Notes: generated by a model from the sequence alone, not told the origin. A stretch of DNA of 64,000 bases from Candidatus Hadarchaeota archaeon (GCA_964554215.1 CAZKND010000001.1:9158-73157); one strand, 5' to 3'; positions 40,864 through 49,653 are shown, counted from the first letter of the stretch. Numbers and translations: made by a program.

Positions 40864-41635
40864 ATTTTGATATAACTAAATCAGCAAGGCTCATGAAATT
40901 TTCCACCTGATCACAAGAAGGATCATGATTATAAAGAGTAGTCCTCTTCTTCATAGCTCTCCTAATCGCAACCCTTTGACGAAGCTCGAAAGGCGTCAAA
41001 TATTCTTTCAAACCATCCATCTCTCGCAACTTATCCAGCGTAGAGGAAGCCACATTGTCCGGCCTCACCAGATTAGGTACGATTGCAAGTATCTCCACAT
41101 TTATCCCAAAAGCGTTCTCTATCTCCTCAATCTCATCGAGAGCTCTGTGAACGGACACAACACTCATGTCTTCATCTTTTATCGGAACAACCACTCTCCC
41201 CGCAGCAAGTATGGCATTATCGTAAAGTATACCTACGGTCGGAGGCGAGTCTACCACTACATAATCGTAAGGGTCTTCAACCTCTTCCAAAAACATTTTT
41301 AATCTCATTTCTCGATTCCTCTCAGAACTTAGCCTCTCCTCCACCCCTCTCATATCATAATTAGAAGGAACCAAATCAACTCCTTCCTCTGTAGTAATGA
41401 TTGTATCTTCTGGATCGCCTTTAGTTCCTTTAATCAAGTGATATGCTAAACTGTCCTTATTTTCATCATAATACTCCCGATCAAAACCTAAATGGGCCGA
41501 AAGGTAAGCGGAAGGATCAAGATCCACTATCAATACGTCCTTGTCTTTCTTAGCCAAAGCCACTGCAAGATGCAGCGCTATAGTGGTCTTTCCAACACCA
41601 CCCTTCTGATTTGAAACGGTTACACGATAAGTCAT
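40841..41635 (-). CDS. ParA/MinD/Soj-family P-loop ATPase
   Basis: Deviant Walker A KGGVGKTT. 264 aa. Confidence 0.85.
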   Translation of the reverse strand: MTYRVTVSNQKGGVGKTTIALHLAVALAKKDKDVLIVDLDPSAYLSAHLGFDREYYDENKDSLAYHLIKGTKGDPEDTIITTEEGVDLVPSNYDMRGVEERLSSERNREMRLKMFLEEVEDPYDYVVVDSPPTVGILYDNAILAAGRVVVPIKDEDMSVVSVHRALDEIEEIENAFGINVEILAIVPNLVRPDNVASSTLDKLREMDGLKEYLTPFELRQRVAIRRAMKKRTTLYNHDPSCDQVENFMSLADLVISKCEGDNDE

Positions 41636-41792
41636 CTTAGCTCCATAATAAAAATGAGTTCTAACGTTAAATTATTTGACCCAAATTCCACCGGAAGAAC
41701 CTCAAATAATCTGTTATGAATTTATTACCAATTCAATGCTTAACAATCTTCAACCAAAAATATACTCAAAAATCAAAATAGTTCTACTTCAG

Positions 41793-42842
41793 TCAAATCT
41801 CTACTAACTCGTAATCCCTCTCACCCATACCCAGTTTCTCAGCATATCTCACCTGGATCTCCGGATCGGTATCACCATCAAACTTATCGGTGTCGGACAA
41901 GTCCAATCCAGCCTGATCTATCGACACTATATCATCAGACAAAAGTATACCGACATCTTCCATCACAGGCTCCTGTTTCTCGTTCATACAATCACAATCA
42001 GGCGTCACATCCATCAAAACTGTCATGAAGTAGGATCTTCTATCCTTGAGGGCAGCGTAAGCGTATTCCACGATTCTCTCATCCAACTTCTGAGCAGACC
42101 CATCTTCCCAAGGAATCTCAACCGCGTCTTCTGGACAAACAGCTATGCACATACCGCACCCAATACATTTATCCTGATCAATGCTCGCAGCCCCTCCGTT
42201 AATGCTAATCGCATCGACTGGACATTCCTGTACACACTTTCCACAAGCTATACAGTCGGAAGAAGCTATCTCTAAGTTGAAGACCTGATGCATCGCCATT
42301 TTTCCCTCCCTAGTTCCCAATCCCATACCTATATTCTTCAACGCTCCACCGAAACCCGCAGGGTTGTGACCCGTGAGATGGGAGAGAGCAAACAGAACGT
42401 TATAATTTCCCAAAGCCTCACCGAGTTTCGCCTTGTCAAAGTGATTCAAATCGACCGGAACGACCATCTCTTCTCCACTTTTCTCCCCATCCGCAATCTC
42501 AATAGGAGCGAAATCAAACCCATTATCTTTAGCAAGTTTTCTATGGGAAGATCCAAGAGACCTCTCACTGTTATATAGAACATTACAATCCATAAGAACC
42601 GTTTTTTTAACCTCATCATTCACTTCACCATAAATCGACTCCACCAAGTCTGGACTCAAATGAGTTTCACTCTTCCTTTCCCCAAAGTGAAGTTTTATGG
42701 CTACCTCGTCTTCAGGGTCCAAATAATCTAAAAAAACATCCGATAATTTCTTCAAGTCTTCTTTAAAATCAAAAGATTCCTTATCCGTCCTTAAAAGATA
42801 AACCTTGCTCATCTTTCCACCATTACAATAAAAATAACTCAT
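41793..42842 (-). CDS. DUF362 domain protein with a C-terminal 2x[4Fe-4S] ferredoxin domain
   Basis: CIACGKCVQECP and CIGCGMCIAVCP cluster motifs. The DUF362-like N-terminal part contains VAIKLHFGE. The probable start is the internal ATG (MSKVYLL, 42812). Confidence 0.7.
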   Translation of the reverse strand: MSYFYCNGGKMSKVYLLRTDKESFDFKEDLKKLSDVFLDYLDPEDEVAIKLHFGERKSETHLSPDLVESIYGEVNDEVKKTVLMDCNVLYNSERSLGSSHRKLAKDNGFDFAPIEIADGEKSGEEMVVPVDLNHFDKAKLGEALGNYNVLFALSHLTGHNPAGFGGALKNIGMGLGTREGKMAMHQVFNLEIASSDCIACGKCVQECPVDAISINGGAASIDQDKCIGCGMCIAVCPEDAVEIPWEDGSAQKLDERIVEYAYAALKDRRSYFMTVLMDVTPDCDCMNEKQEPVMEDVGILLSDDIVSIDQAGLDLSDTDKFDGDTDPEIQVRYAEKLGMGERDYELVEI

Positions 42843-42967
42843 AACTTATGATTATTTTTGAGCCATTACCTACTCAAATCTATAGATTATTCAAAAGCAT
42901 TAATGGAATACATAATACAAAGTTATCCGTAGACATTATGCACATCTCAACGAAGTCAAATCGAAAA

Positions 42968-43396
42968 CTATTCGTCCTTTTTCATCTCTTCTTCTACTTC
43001 TTCAAGACCATCTGAAATTTCTGTATCAAGCTCAATCTCTTCATCTTCCGCAGCCTCACCTGTCATAGAATCTATCATCTCTTCAACCTTCTCACCACTG
43101 AACTCCTCGTTCGTCAAAATTCCTTCACTGGTTATATCAACTGCCGTAGACAATGCTTCGTCCATAGATTCAGCTTTAAGCATGGCCTTTTCCATCTCCT
43201 TCTGGGTTGAAGCTATATCTTCAATCTCCGCACCCTCACCGATGGATTCCGCAACATCTTGAGCGAATTCTACAAAATTTCCGGAAAGTTTTACTAATTC
43301 TCTCTGTATCTGAGCTTCTTCCATTACCATCAAAAGCTTCTTACCTCTCTGAATTCTTTCCTGAAGAGTGAGATACTTTTTCGCCTGTCTTTTCAA
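42968..43396 (-). CDS. Snf7/ESCRT-III-like coiled-coil protein, apparently lacking an N-terminal start (possible pseudogene or 5'-truncated gene)
   Basis: The only start codon is the TTG at 43396. The reading frame stays open a further 43 codons upstream (KQRTIRYRKAKSKINKYISNLKELQNKVFEQGKEAASLNDKKF) with ESCRT-III-like composition (GKEAA...L.KRQAKKY) up to a TAG at 43526-43528. The C-terminal half is acidic, as in ESCRT-III. Confidence 0.35.
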   Translation of the reverse strand: MKRQAKKYLTLQERIQRGKKLLMVMEEAQIQRELVKLSGNFVEFAQDVAESIGEGAEIEDIASTQKEMEKAMLKAESMDEALSTAVDITSEGILTNEEFSGEKVEEMIDSMTGEAAEDEEIELDTEISDGLEEVEEEMKKDE

Positions 43397-43695
43397 AAAT
43401 TTCTTATCATTCAGACTCGCGGCCTCTTTACCCTGTTCAAAAACCTTATTTTGAAGTTCTTTAAGATTAGAGATATACTTGTTAATCTTGCTTTTCGCTT
43501 TCCTATAACGGATTGTTCTCTGCTTCTATCGAGACCTGATTCCGTAAAATCTAAAATGCTTGTCCTACCCTACTTTTGAATGTGCAGGAAATACACCTCC
43601 TCTCGATCCACCCTCCGGAAGAGGTGTACTCCTTTTCAACCACATCACTTGCAATACAAACTCAGCAAAAAAAGGATTTCAGAAGAGCCAAAAAA

Positions 43696-43710
43696 ATTTA
43701 AATAATTTGT
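43696..43710 (+). promoter_or_regulatory. BRE/TATA-like promoter element TTTAAATAATTTGT preceded by an A-run
   Basis: Lies 57 nt upstream of the GTG of the 170-aa gene. The identical 14-mer occurs at 51721-51734, upstream of the 508-aa gene. Confidence 0.5.
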
Positions 43711-43766
43711 CATCCGAACAAGAGAACTAAGAAATAACCTCTAAAATAACAAAGGAGGTGAGATTT

Positions 43767-44270
43767 GTGGCAGCAGGATTTAATTCAATGAGAGCAATGG
43801 CGGAACTCATGAGTCAAATGGACAAAGATGAAACCGTTACGTTGATTGAGTCTTCCAGAGATATTCTTGACGCTCTTGCAGAAAACCCTGAAGTATTGAA
43901 AACATTCAGTTCTATCCTGAAAGAATTAGCAGAAGATGAAGAAATCGCTAAAGGTTTATCCAATTTAGTTTCCTTAGCCGGACCATCTATCGATGCTCTG
44001 AACAACACAATGACTCCCGAAGCAGTAGACATGATGCACGAACTAGCACAGAACGATGATGTGAAGGAAGGCATAGGTTCTTTCCTATCAATTATAGACC
44101 CCGAAATGTTAGGGGCTCTACTACCAGTGATCGGATCAATTATAGGAGCAGTCCTATCTGAAATATCCAAAAATGAAGAAGCAAAAGAACACTTGATTGG
44201 TTTAATCTCTCATAGTGGTCCATTGGCTAAGAAAGCCAACACCGCTTTTATGGGTGAATCAGTCGACTAA
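43767..44270 (+). CDS. all-alpha helical-repeat protein (DUF1641-like?), copy A
   Basis: GTG start 7 nt after the AAGGAGGTG RBS. Differs from copy B (53366-53869) at 27 of about 167 aligned residues (roughly 84% identity), by my manual count. Confidence 0.6.
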   Translation: MAAGFNSMRAMAELMSQMDKDETVTLIESSRDILDALAENPEVLKTFSSILKELAEDEEIAKGLSNLVSLAGPSIDALNNTMTPEAVDMMHELAQNDDVKEGIGSFLSIIDPEMLGALLPVIGSIIGAVLSEISKNEEAKEHLIGLISHSGPLAKKANTAFMGESVD

Positions 44271-44302
44271 TGATTTCTAAAGACTTTTTAGAGGAATAAA
44301 AA

Positions 44303-44398
44303 ATGCCAGTGAAAAAGAAAGCTCTGGTCACAGGTGCGTGTGACTTTGTAGGTCCGCACATTATAGATTTTTTAGTAGCGCAGTATTCACGTAGGTAA
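44303..44398 (+). pseudogene. 5' remnant (31 codons) of an NAD-dependent epimerase/dehydratase gene
   Basis: MPVKKKALVTGACDFVGPHIIDFLV matches the N-terminus of the intact paralog at 53902 (MSGKKKALVTGACGFVGSHIIDLLV). Homology then breaks at about 44379 and a stop follows. Confidence 0.6.
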
Positions 44399-44420
44399 AA
44401 ATCCCTTTGTCTTTTTTGGT

Positions 44421-44457
44421 AAAATCTTCCCCGAGTTTTGAGGGATGGGGAGATTTT
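44421..44457. repeat. inverted repeat AAAATCTTCCCC / GGGGAGATTTT with a 14-nt spacer, just inside the insertion boundary
   Basis: Read directly from the sequence. The ATG of ORF 44445 lies in the spacer, immediately before the right arm (44447-44457). Confidence 0.5.
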
Positions 44458-44831
44458 GCCTATATCTTTTTAGATTCCCATTCGTGCCCGTGTTAGTTAG
44501 AGATTCGGTGTACGGAAAATTTTTGGAGGAGGATATTTACCTCTACCAGAAATTATTGAAAGTTTTCAGACTAGGACTGGAATCGACAAAGGTCGAGACT
44601 TCCCACTCCCAAATACTTGAAGCACTTTCAAAAAACATTTCAACCGTTCTTGAACCCGTGAGCTCTCGGACGCTCACCCCACATCACGAATTAATCGAAG
44701 CATACTCTATAAAGCTCACAAACGAAGTAAAAACATTCTACGAAACCGAAATCAAATCGCACGGAAATTCAGCCCGTACAAGCATGCAAAAAGCATTAGT
44801 CATCGTGCTCGAAGAAGGCGAAAAAGAATGA
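44445..44831 (+). CDS. hypothetical protein (128 aa) inside the higher-GC insertion
   Basis: ORF only. No recognisable motif. Confidence 0.35.
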   Translation: MGRFCLYLFRFPFVPVLVRDSVYGKFLEEDIYLYQKLLKVFRLGLESTKVETSHSQILEALSKNISTVLEPVSSRTLTPHHELIEAYSIKLTNEVKTFYETEIKSHGNSARTSMQKALVIVLEEGEKE

Positions 44832-44936
44832 GTTAATTTTGTAACAATGCCGAATCAAGGGAAGAATTTATTAAGATTTGTTAAATCATAAATATTTGTT
44901 GGAGCATAAAGAGACGAAAAATAAGAGTGGTTCAAG

Positions 44937-45098
44937 ATGAAATGTTGGATATGTCGAGAAGAGAAGGAAGACCTTAAGGAGATAGAAGCCATGGGGTCGG
45001 AGCATCACGTGTGTTCTGACTGCCTCTGGAGGGTATTAGACGAGCACGGTAAGCCAAAGTACGAGACAAAGCCTAAGTGGGAGAATATCTATGAGTAA
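44937..45098 (+). CDS. small zinc-ribbon protein (53 aa; CWIC ... CSDC); not in the supplied ORF track
   Basis: My own translation: MKCWICREEKEDLKEIEAMGSEHHVCSDCLWRVLDEHGKPKYETKPKWENIYE. Overlaps the start of the downstream epimerase gene by 8 nt. Confidence 0.35.
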   Translation: MKCWICREEKEDLKEIEAMGSEHHVCSDCLWRVLDEHGKPKYETKPKWENIYE

Positions 45099-46284
45099 TT
45101 CTGATAAAGTCCTAGTCATGGGAGCGTGTGGTAACGTCGGCTCGAAGTTAGTGAGGATTCTGCTGGATAACGGATACGATGTAAGGGCTAGCGACCTGGA
45201 GGATGCGAGTAAGGAGCTTTTAGGGGACCTTGATGTGGAGTTCGTTCCCGGGGACATCACGAAACCAGAAACTTTACAAGACGTTGTCGAGGACGTGGAC
45301 GCGGTTTTTAACACGGTATCATTCCTGGCCTACTCGAACCTTATCTCTTACGACCAGATGTACAAGGTCAATGTAGAGGGGGAAAGGAACTTACTTGAGG
45401 CCACCATGGAAAACAATGACGATCTTAAGGCCTTCATACACTGGGCTTCGGGAGAAACTTACGGTCTGGGCGGTTTGTTTGAAGAGCGGTTCCTCCATGA
45501 AAATGGAGAAAGTAGAGAGGATCATCCTCAAACTGCATCTGATGCTCCCTATCCGAAGACGAAATTGCTAGGTGAGCGAGAGTGTTGGCAGTACTACGAG
45601 GAGGAGGATTTACCATTGATAGTAATGCGACCATCCATGATTTATGGACCGGAGCCATCATTCGAGGACAGAAGGTGGCTCAGATACTCCAAGTATTTCA
45701 TGGTAATGCGGGATTTAGTAGAGATGATGGGAGGATGGCCAGGGCTTCTGAACTTTAAAAACCCGCTTGTCCACGCGGAGGATTCAGCCAGAGCGGCAGC
45801 ATTCCTTTACGAGAACAAAGAGGATGCCATAGGTGAGGCATTCAATATCGTGGACGACCAAAATTACACCATGGAAGACATCGTTCGTTTCATGTTTGAC
45901 TATTTCGGCTGGGATATTCAAGAAAATCCTTCTGCACATCTCAAGCCCCTGTTGAAGGGACTTCCACTGCCAAAACCCACCATCAGGGTGTTCAAGAAGG
46001 CGTACAGGGCCTGGATGGACGAAGTAAGGGAACAGGGACCAATCTGGTGGGACTCGAACTACCAGGATCACTATCTTGAAGAGATGCTGAGCATGGAGAA
46101 TTACTGTGAGGACTTCAAATATTCCAACAGAAAGATAAAGGATCTCGGCTTTGAATTCAAGTATCCGGACGTGAGGGACGCCTTACCAGACATATTCGAG
46201 AACTGGAAGGAAAAAGACCTGGTGCCAGAGAGCTCCGGATTCAAGCACTTCTTTCTCAAGGCATTCCTGCTGGATGAACGCTAA
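45091..46284 (+). CDS. NAD-dependent epimerase/dehydratase (extended SDR) family protein, divergent homolog of 53902-55089
   Basis: Rossmann motif VMGACGNVGSKL and catalytic YxxxK (APYPKTK). Noticeably higher GC than its surroundings. Roughly 35-40% identity to the other copy by eye. Confidence 0.8.
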   Translation: MSNSDKVLVMGACGNVGSKLVRILLDNGYDVRASDLEDASKELLGDLDVEFVPGDITKPETLQDVVEDVDAVFNTVSFLAYSNLISYDQMYKVNVEGERNLLEATMENNDDLKAFIHWASGETYGLGGLFEERFLHENGESREDHPQTASDAPYPKTKLLGERECWQYYEEEDLPLIVMRPSMIYGPEPSFEDRRWLRYSKYFMVMRDLVEMMGGWPGLLNFKNPLVHAEDSARAAAFLYENKEDAIGEAFNIVDDQNYTMEDIVRFMFDYFGWDIQENPSAHLKPLLKGLPLPKPTIRVFKKAYRAWMDEVREQGPIWWDSNYQDHYLEEMLSMENYCEDFKYSNRKIKDLGFEFKYPDVRDALPDIFENWKEKDLVPESSGFKHFFLKAFLLDER

Positions 46285-46430
46285 ACAGGGTATTAATTTA
46301 CCCCGGAAATAGGAGAGCAGGAAGCAGTAACTCAGTCTGTACCGTTGGAAGTACCTGGGCAACCCGAGTTATTCTATTAATCAATGGGGTCAAAATAACA
46401 ACTTCATAAAAAGTAAAAATCTTATATTTT

Positions 46431-46448
46431 TTGTTATATATACAACAA
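46431..46448. repeat. near-perfect 18-bp palindrome TTGTTATATATACAACAA, 8 nt upstream of the ATG at 46457
   Basis: Read directly. Partner palindrome at 46736-46753. Confidence 0.7.
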
Positions 46449-46456
46449 TATAGACC

Positions 46457-46732
46457 ATGGTAAAAATACTCATACTCTGGGACATCAAATCGAAAGGATC
46501 CAAAGCCACATGCTTCTATCGAGACTTGAAAGGTTATGATTACAAAACAAAATCAGGGAAAAAACATAGCGATGGAATATTAGATGAACTTCCCCAAGAC
46601 GTCTGGGACTTTGTCAGCCGTAGTGCACTATTGATAGAGAAGAAGCACGCAAACGAGATAGAACAAGTCTTCAAAAAGTATGATTCTCATCTAAAGTGGA
46701 AAAAGTTCAAGGTTGAAGAAAATGAAAAATGA
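46457..46732 (+). CDS. hypothetical small basic protein (91 aa) bracketed by palindromes
   Basis: ORF MVKILILWDIKSKGSKATCFYRDLKGY.... Weak resemblance to the Cas2/VapD-like beta-alpha fold start, too weak to claim. Confidence 0.45.
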   Translation: MVKILILWDIKSKGSKATCFYRDLKGYDYKTKSGKKHSDGILDELPQDVWDFVSRSALLIEKKHANEIEQVFKKYDSHLKWKKFKVEENEK

Positions 46733-46735
46733 GAG

Positions 46736-46753
46736 TTGTTGTATATACAACAA
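46736..46753. repeat. perfect 18-bp palindrome TTGTTGTATATACAACAA, 3 nt after the stop of the 91-aa gene
   Basis: Read directly. Its reverse complement is identical. Confidence 0.7.
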
Positions 46754-46799
46754 AAGGTTTAATAGAGTATATAAACAATTCAAGATTGAGGAATAGAAC

Positions 46800-49070
46800 A
46801 TGTCAGAAGGGAAAAAAGAATTAGAACTTACAGTAGCAGAAGCACGTAGGCAAAAAGATGTAGGCAAAAATGTCGCGAGGATAAGCAAAAAAGCGATGAA
46901 AGAACTCGGAGTCAAACAAGGCGACATCATAGAGATCGAAGGTAACAAAAAATCCGGCGCCATAGTAAGGACAAGTTATAGAGAAGACGAAGGATTGGAC
47001 ATCATAAGACTAGACGGTCTCGAACGGAAAAACACTGGTACTTCAATTGGAGAAAAAGTGAAAGTACGGGAAGCAGAAGTGAAAGAAGCCGACAAGATCA
47101 CTATAGCCCCTGCAGATCAAAACATACAGATACAAGGAGGAGGTAGAGCACTAAAACAGAGCCTCCTAGGACGACCGGCAACCAAAGGCGACCTCATTAC
47201 ACCAACAGGACAACCAGGAGATATATTCTCCCAAATATTTGGAGGAATGTTCCAAGGTACATCTCCATCTTCATCTTTTGGACTGGGAGAACTTAGATTC
47301 ATGGTGACAAACGTAAATCCGGACGACCTAGTGCTGATCACAAAAAATACGACAGTAAACCTATCTTCAAAAACAGCAGATATAGAAGAAGCATCCACCC
47401 CGTCTATAACCTATGAAGATATCGGTGGACTAGACAAAGAAATCCAGAGAGTTCGAGAGATGGTCGAACTACCATTAAGACATCCAGAACTCTTTGACCA
47501 ACTAGGGATAGAACCACCGAAAGGAGTACTCCTACACGGACCTCCAGGAACTGGAAAAACGCTAACCGCAAAAGCAGTGGCAAACGAATCTGACGCCCAC
47601 TTCCAATCAATAGCAGGGCCAGAGATAATGTCAAAATTCTACGGAGAATCAGAAAAGAAGCTAAGAAACATTTTTGAAGAAGCAGAGAAAAACGCACCTT
47701 CCATAATATTCATCGACGAAATAGACGCCATAGCTTCAAAAAGAGAAGAGGTAAGCGGAGATGTGGAAAAAAGAGTTGTATCACAACTCCTATCCTTGCT
47801 GGATGGATTAGAATCTCGAGGAAAAGTCATAGTAATAGCAGCTACCAACCGAGTGGACGCCGTCGACCCCGCACTAAGAAGACCAGGTCGTTTCGACAGG
47901 GAGATAGAAATCGGAGTTCCAGACCGAGAGGGACGTAAAGAGATCATGCAAATACACACTCGAGGAATGCCCCTTTCAGAAGACGTCGACTTAGATAGGT
48001 TGGCCGACAATACTCACGGTTACGTCGGTGCAGACCTAGCTTCCTTGTCAAGAGAATCGGCGATGAACGCTTTGAGAGAGATATTGCCTGAGATCGACTT
48101 AGAAGATAAGAGAATTCCATCCGAAACTCTCGAAGGATTAGAGGTATCCGGAGAAAACTTCAGAAAAGCAAGACAACAAATAGAACCTTCCGCAATGAGA
48201 GAAGTGCTGGTCCAAGTTCCCGACACTCCATGGGAAGATGTAGGAGGGTTAGAAGAATCCAAACAACAACTTAGAGAAGCAGTTGAATGGCCGCTGAAGA
48301 AAGACGAAGCGTTCGAAAGAGTCGGTATAGAAGCCCCACACGGTATACTCCTATACGGACCACCAGGAACCGGTAAGACAATGCTCGCAAAAGCCGTAGC
48401 CACCGAAAGCGATTCTAATTTCATCTCTGTAAAAGGACCCGAACTCCTATCTAAATGGGTCGGAGAATCCGAAAAAGCGGTAAGAGAAACATTTAAAAAA
48501 GCAAGACAAGCTGCACCAACCGTAATATTTTTCGACGAAATCGACGCAATGGTGCCAAAAAGAGGCCGGAGACAAAGTAGTTCACAAGTAGGAGAAAGAG
48601 TGATCAGTCAACTATTAACAGAGATGGACGGTCTAGAGGAACTAGAAAACGTAGTAGTTATCGGTGCAACAAACAGGCCTGATCTCGTAGATCCAGCTCT
48701 ATTGAGACCAGGAAGATTCGACAGAGTCATGATGGTTCCAGGACCAGACAAAGAAGCGAGAGAAGAAATCTTCAAGATACACACCAGAGAGATGCCAATA
48801 GCAGAAGATGTCGACCTAGAAGAACTTGCTGAAGAAACTGCTGGATACAGCGGAGCAGATATCGCAGCTGTTTGCAAAGAAGCAGGGATGCTCGCTCTAA
48901 GAGAAGATATAGAAACAGAAACCGTCTCCAAAGAAGAATTCGAAGAAGCTTTGAAATCGGTCGGTCCATCGATTACAGATGAGATAACTGATACCTACAA
49001 AGAGTTCAAAAGTAAACACGGGAAAGAAATCGCTGAAGAAGCTAAAAAGGAAATGAAAGCCTACTACTAA
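46800..49070 (+). CDS. cdc48: CDC48/VCP-like AAA+ ATPase (N-domain plus two AAA modules)
   Basis: Two Walker A motifs (GPPGTGKT twice), two Walker B DEID/DEIDA motifs and second-region-of-homology arginines. 756 aa. Confidence 0.9.
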   Translation: MSEGKKELELTVAEARRQKDVGKNVARISKKAMKELGVKQGDIIEIEGNKKSGAIVRTSYREDEGLDIIRLDGLERKNTGTSIGEKVKVREAEVKEADKITIAPADQNIQIQGGGRALKQSLLGRPATKGDLITPTGQPGDIFSQIFGGMFQGTSPSSSFGLGELRFMVTNVNPDDLVLITKNTTVNLSSKTADIEEASTPSITYEDIGGLDKEIQRVREMVELPLRHPELFDQLGIEPPKGVLLHGPPGTGKTLTAKAVANESDAHFQSIAGPEIMSKFYGESEKKLRNIFEEAEKNAPSIIFIDEIDAIASKREEVSGDVEKRVVSQLLSLLDGLESRGKVIVIAATNRVDAVDPALRRPGRFDREIEIGVPDREGRKEIMQIHTRGMPLSEDVDLDRLADNTHGYVGADLASLSRESAMNALREILPEIDLEDKRIPSETLEGLEVSGENFRKARQQIEPSAMREVLVQVPDTPWEDVGGLEESKQQLREAVEWPLKKDEAFERVGIEAPHGILLYGPPGTGKTMLAKAVATESDSNFISVKGPELLSKWVGESEKAVRETFKKARQAAPTVIFFDEIDAMVPKRGRRQSSSQVGERVISQLLTEMDGLEELENVVVIGATNRPDLVDPALLRPGRFDRVMMVPGPDKEAREEIFKIHTREMPIAEDVDLEELAEETAGYSGADIAAVCKEAGMLALREDIETETVSKEEFEEALKSVGPSITDEITDTYKEFKSKHGKEIAEEAKKEMKAYY

Positions 49071-49155
49071 AGCCTACACTTCTTTATTTTTTTTATTTAT
49101 TCTAACTACTAGAATAACTAGAAAAAAGAAAAAAAGAGAATTAAGATTTTCGTTC

Positions 49156-49539
49156 TCACTCCAATCTTATTTCTTTAGAAGATTCCCAAACGCCGTGCAG
49201 ATTGCATTTGGCCTTAGCTCTCAAAGGATGGGAATGGTCCAATTTAACCGTAGTCTTCATAACATAGTCACTCTTCTCAGGAGTTAGAGATAGTCGTGCC
49301 AAAAAAGTATCACCAGAATAAAGTTCCATCCATTCAATGAAATGCCCGGGTTCATTAGGATGCTCTTTATACTCCCCGACTCTAACCTCTACTTCAAAAG
49401 GCTCATTTTCCTCTACTGAATCCGGAGCATCTATAATTACTGTATGCTTCTTCTCTAAAGCATTCATATCTTCAGGGTCGTCAGTAGAAGGTTTGTTCAC
49501 CCCACAAAACAAGTCATCTTCACAAGATTCTTCAGACAT
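49156..49539 (-). CDS. sor: superoxide reductase (neelaredoxin/desulfoferrodoxin-type)
   Basis: Iron ligands in EKKHTV ... EHPNEPGHFIEWMEL ... CNLHGVW, in the order typical of SOR. 127 aa. Confidence 0.7.
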   Translation of the reverse strand: MSEESCEDDLFCGVNKPSTDDPEDMNALEKKHTVIIDAPDSVEENEPFEVEVRVGEYKEHPNEPGHFIEWMELYSGDTFLARLSLTPEKSDYVMKTTVKLDHSHPLRAKAKCNLHGVWESSKEIRLE

Positions 49540-49653
49540 AAAAAAATTTCACCTCCATAAAAAACTTAGTAACAATTAAACATACGGCAGAAAGAAAAAT
49601 AAACCTTTGCTTACCGCTATTTAGAAAATATTCTAAAACCTCAATTCAGATAA

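Noticed and set aside
44379-46290. Integrase or transposase marking the higher-GC insertion as a classical mobile element
   Set aside because: No recombinase-like ORF is present in or next to the segment and no tRNA target is nearby. Only an 11-bp inverted repeat at the left edge and the palindromes at the right are seen. The acquisition mechanism is left open.
46457-46732. The 91-aa ORF as a Cas2 or VapD toxin
   Set aside because: Only the N-terminal beta-strand (ILILWDI) resembles Cas2. No cas genes or CRISPR array lie nearby and the rest does not align. I left it as hypothetical.
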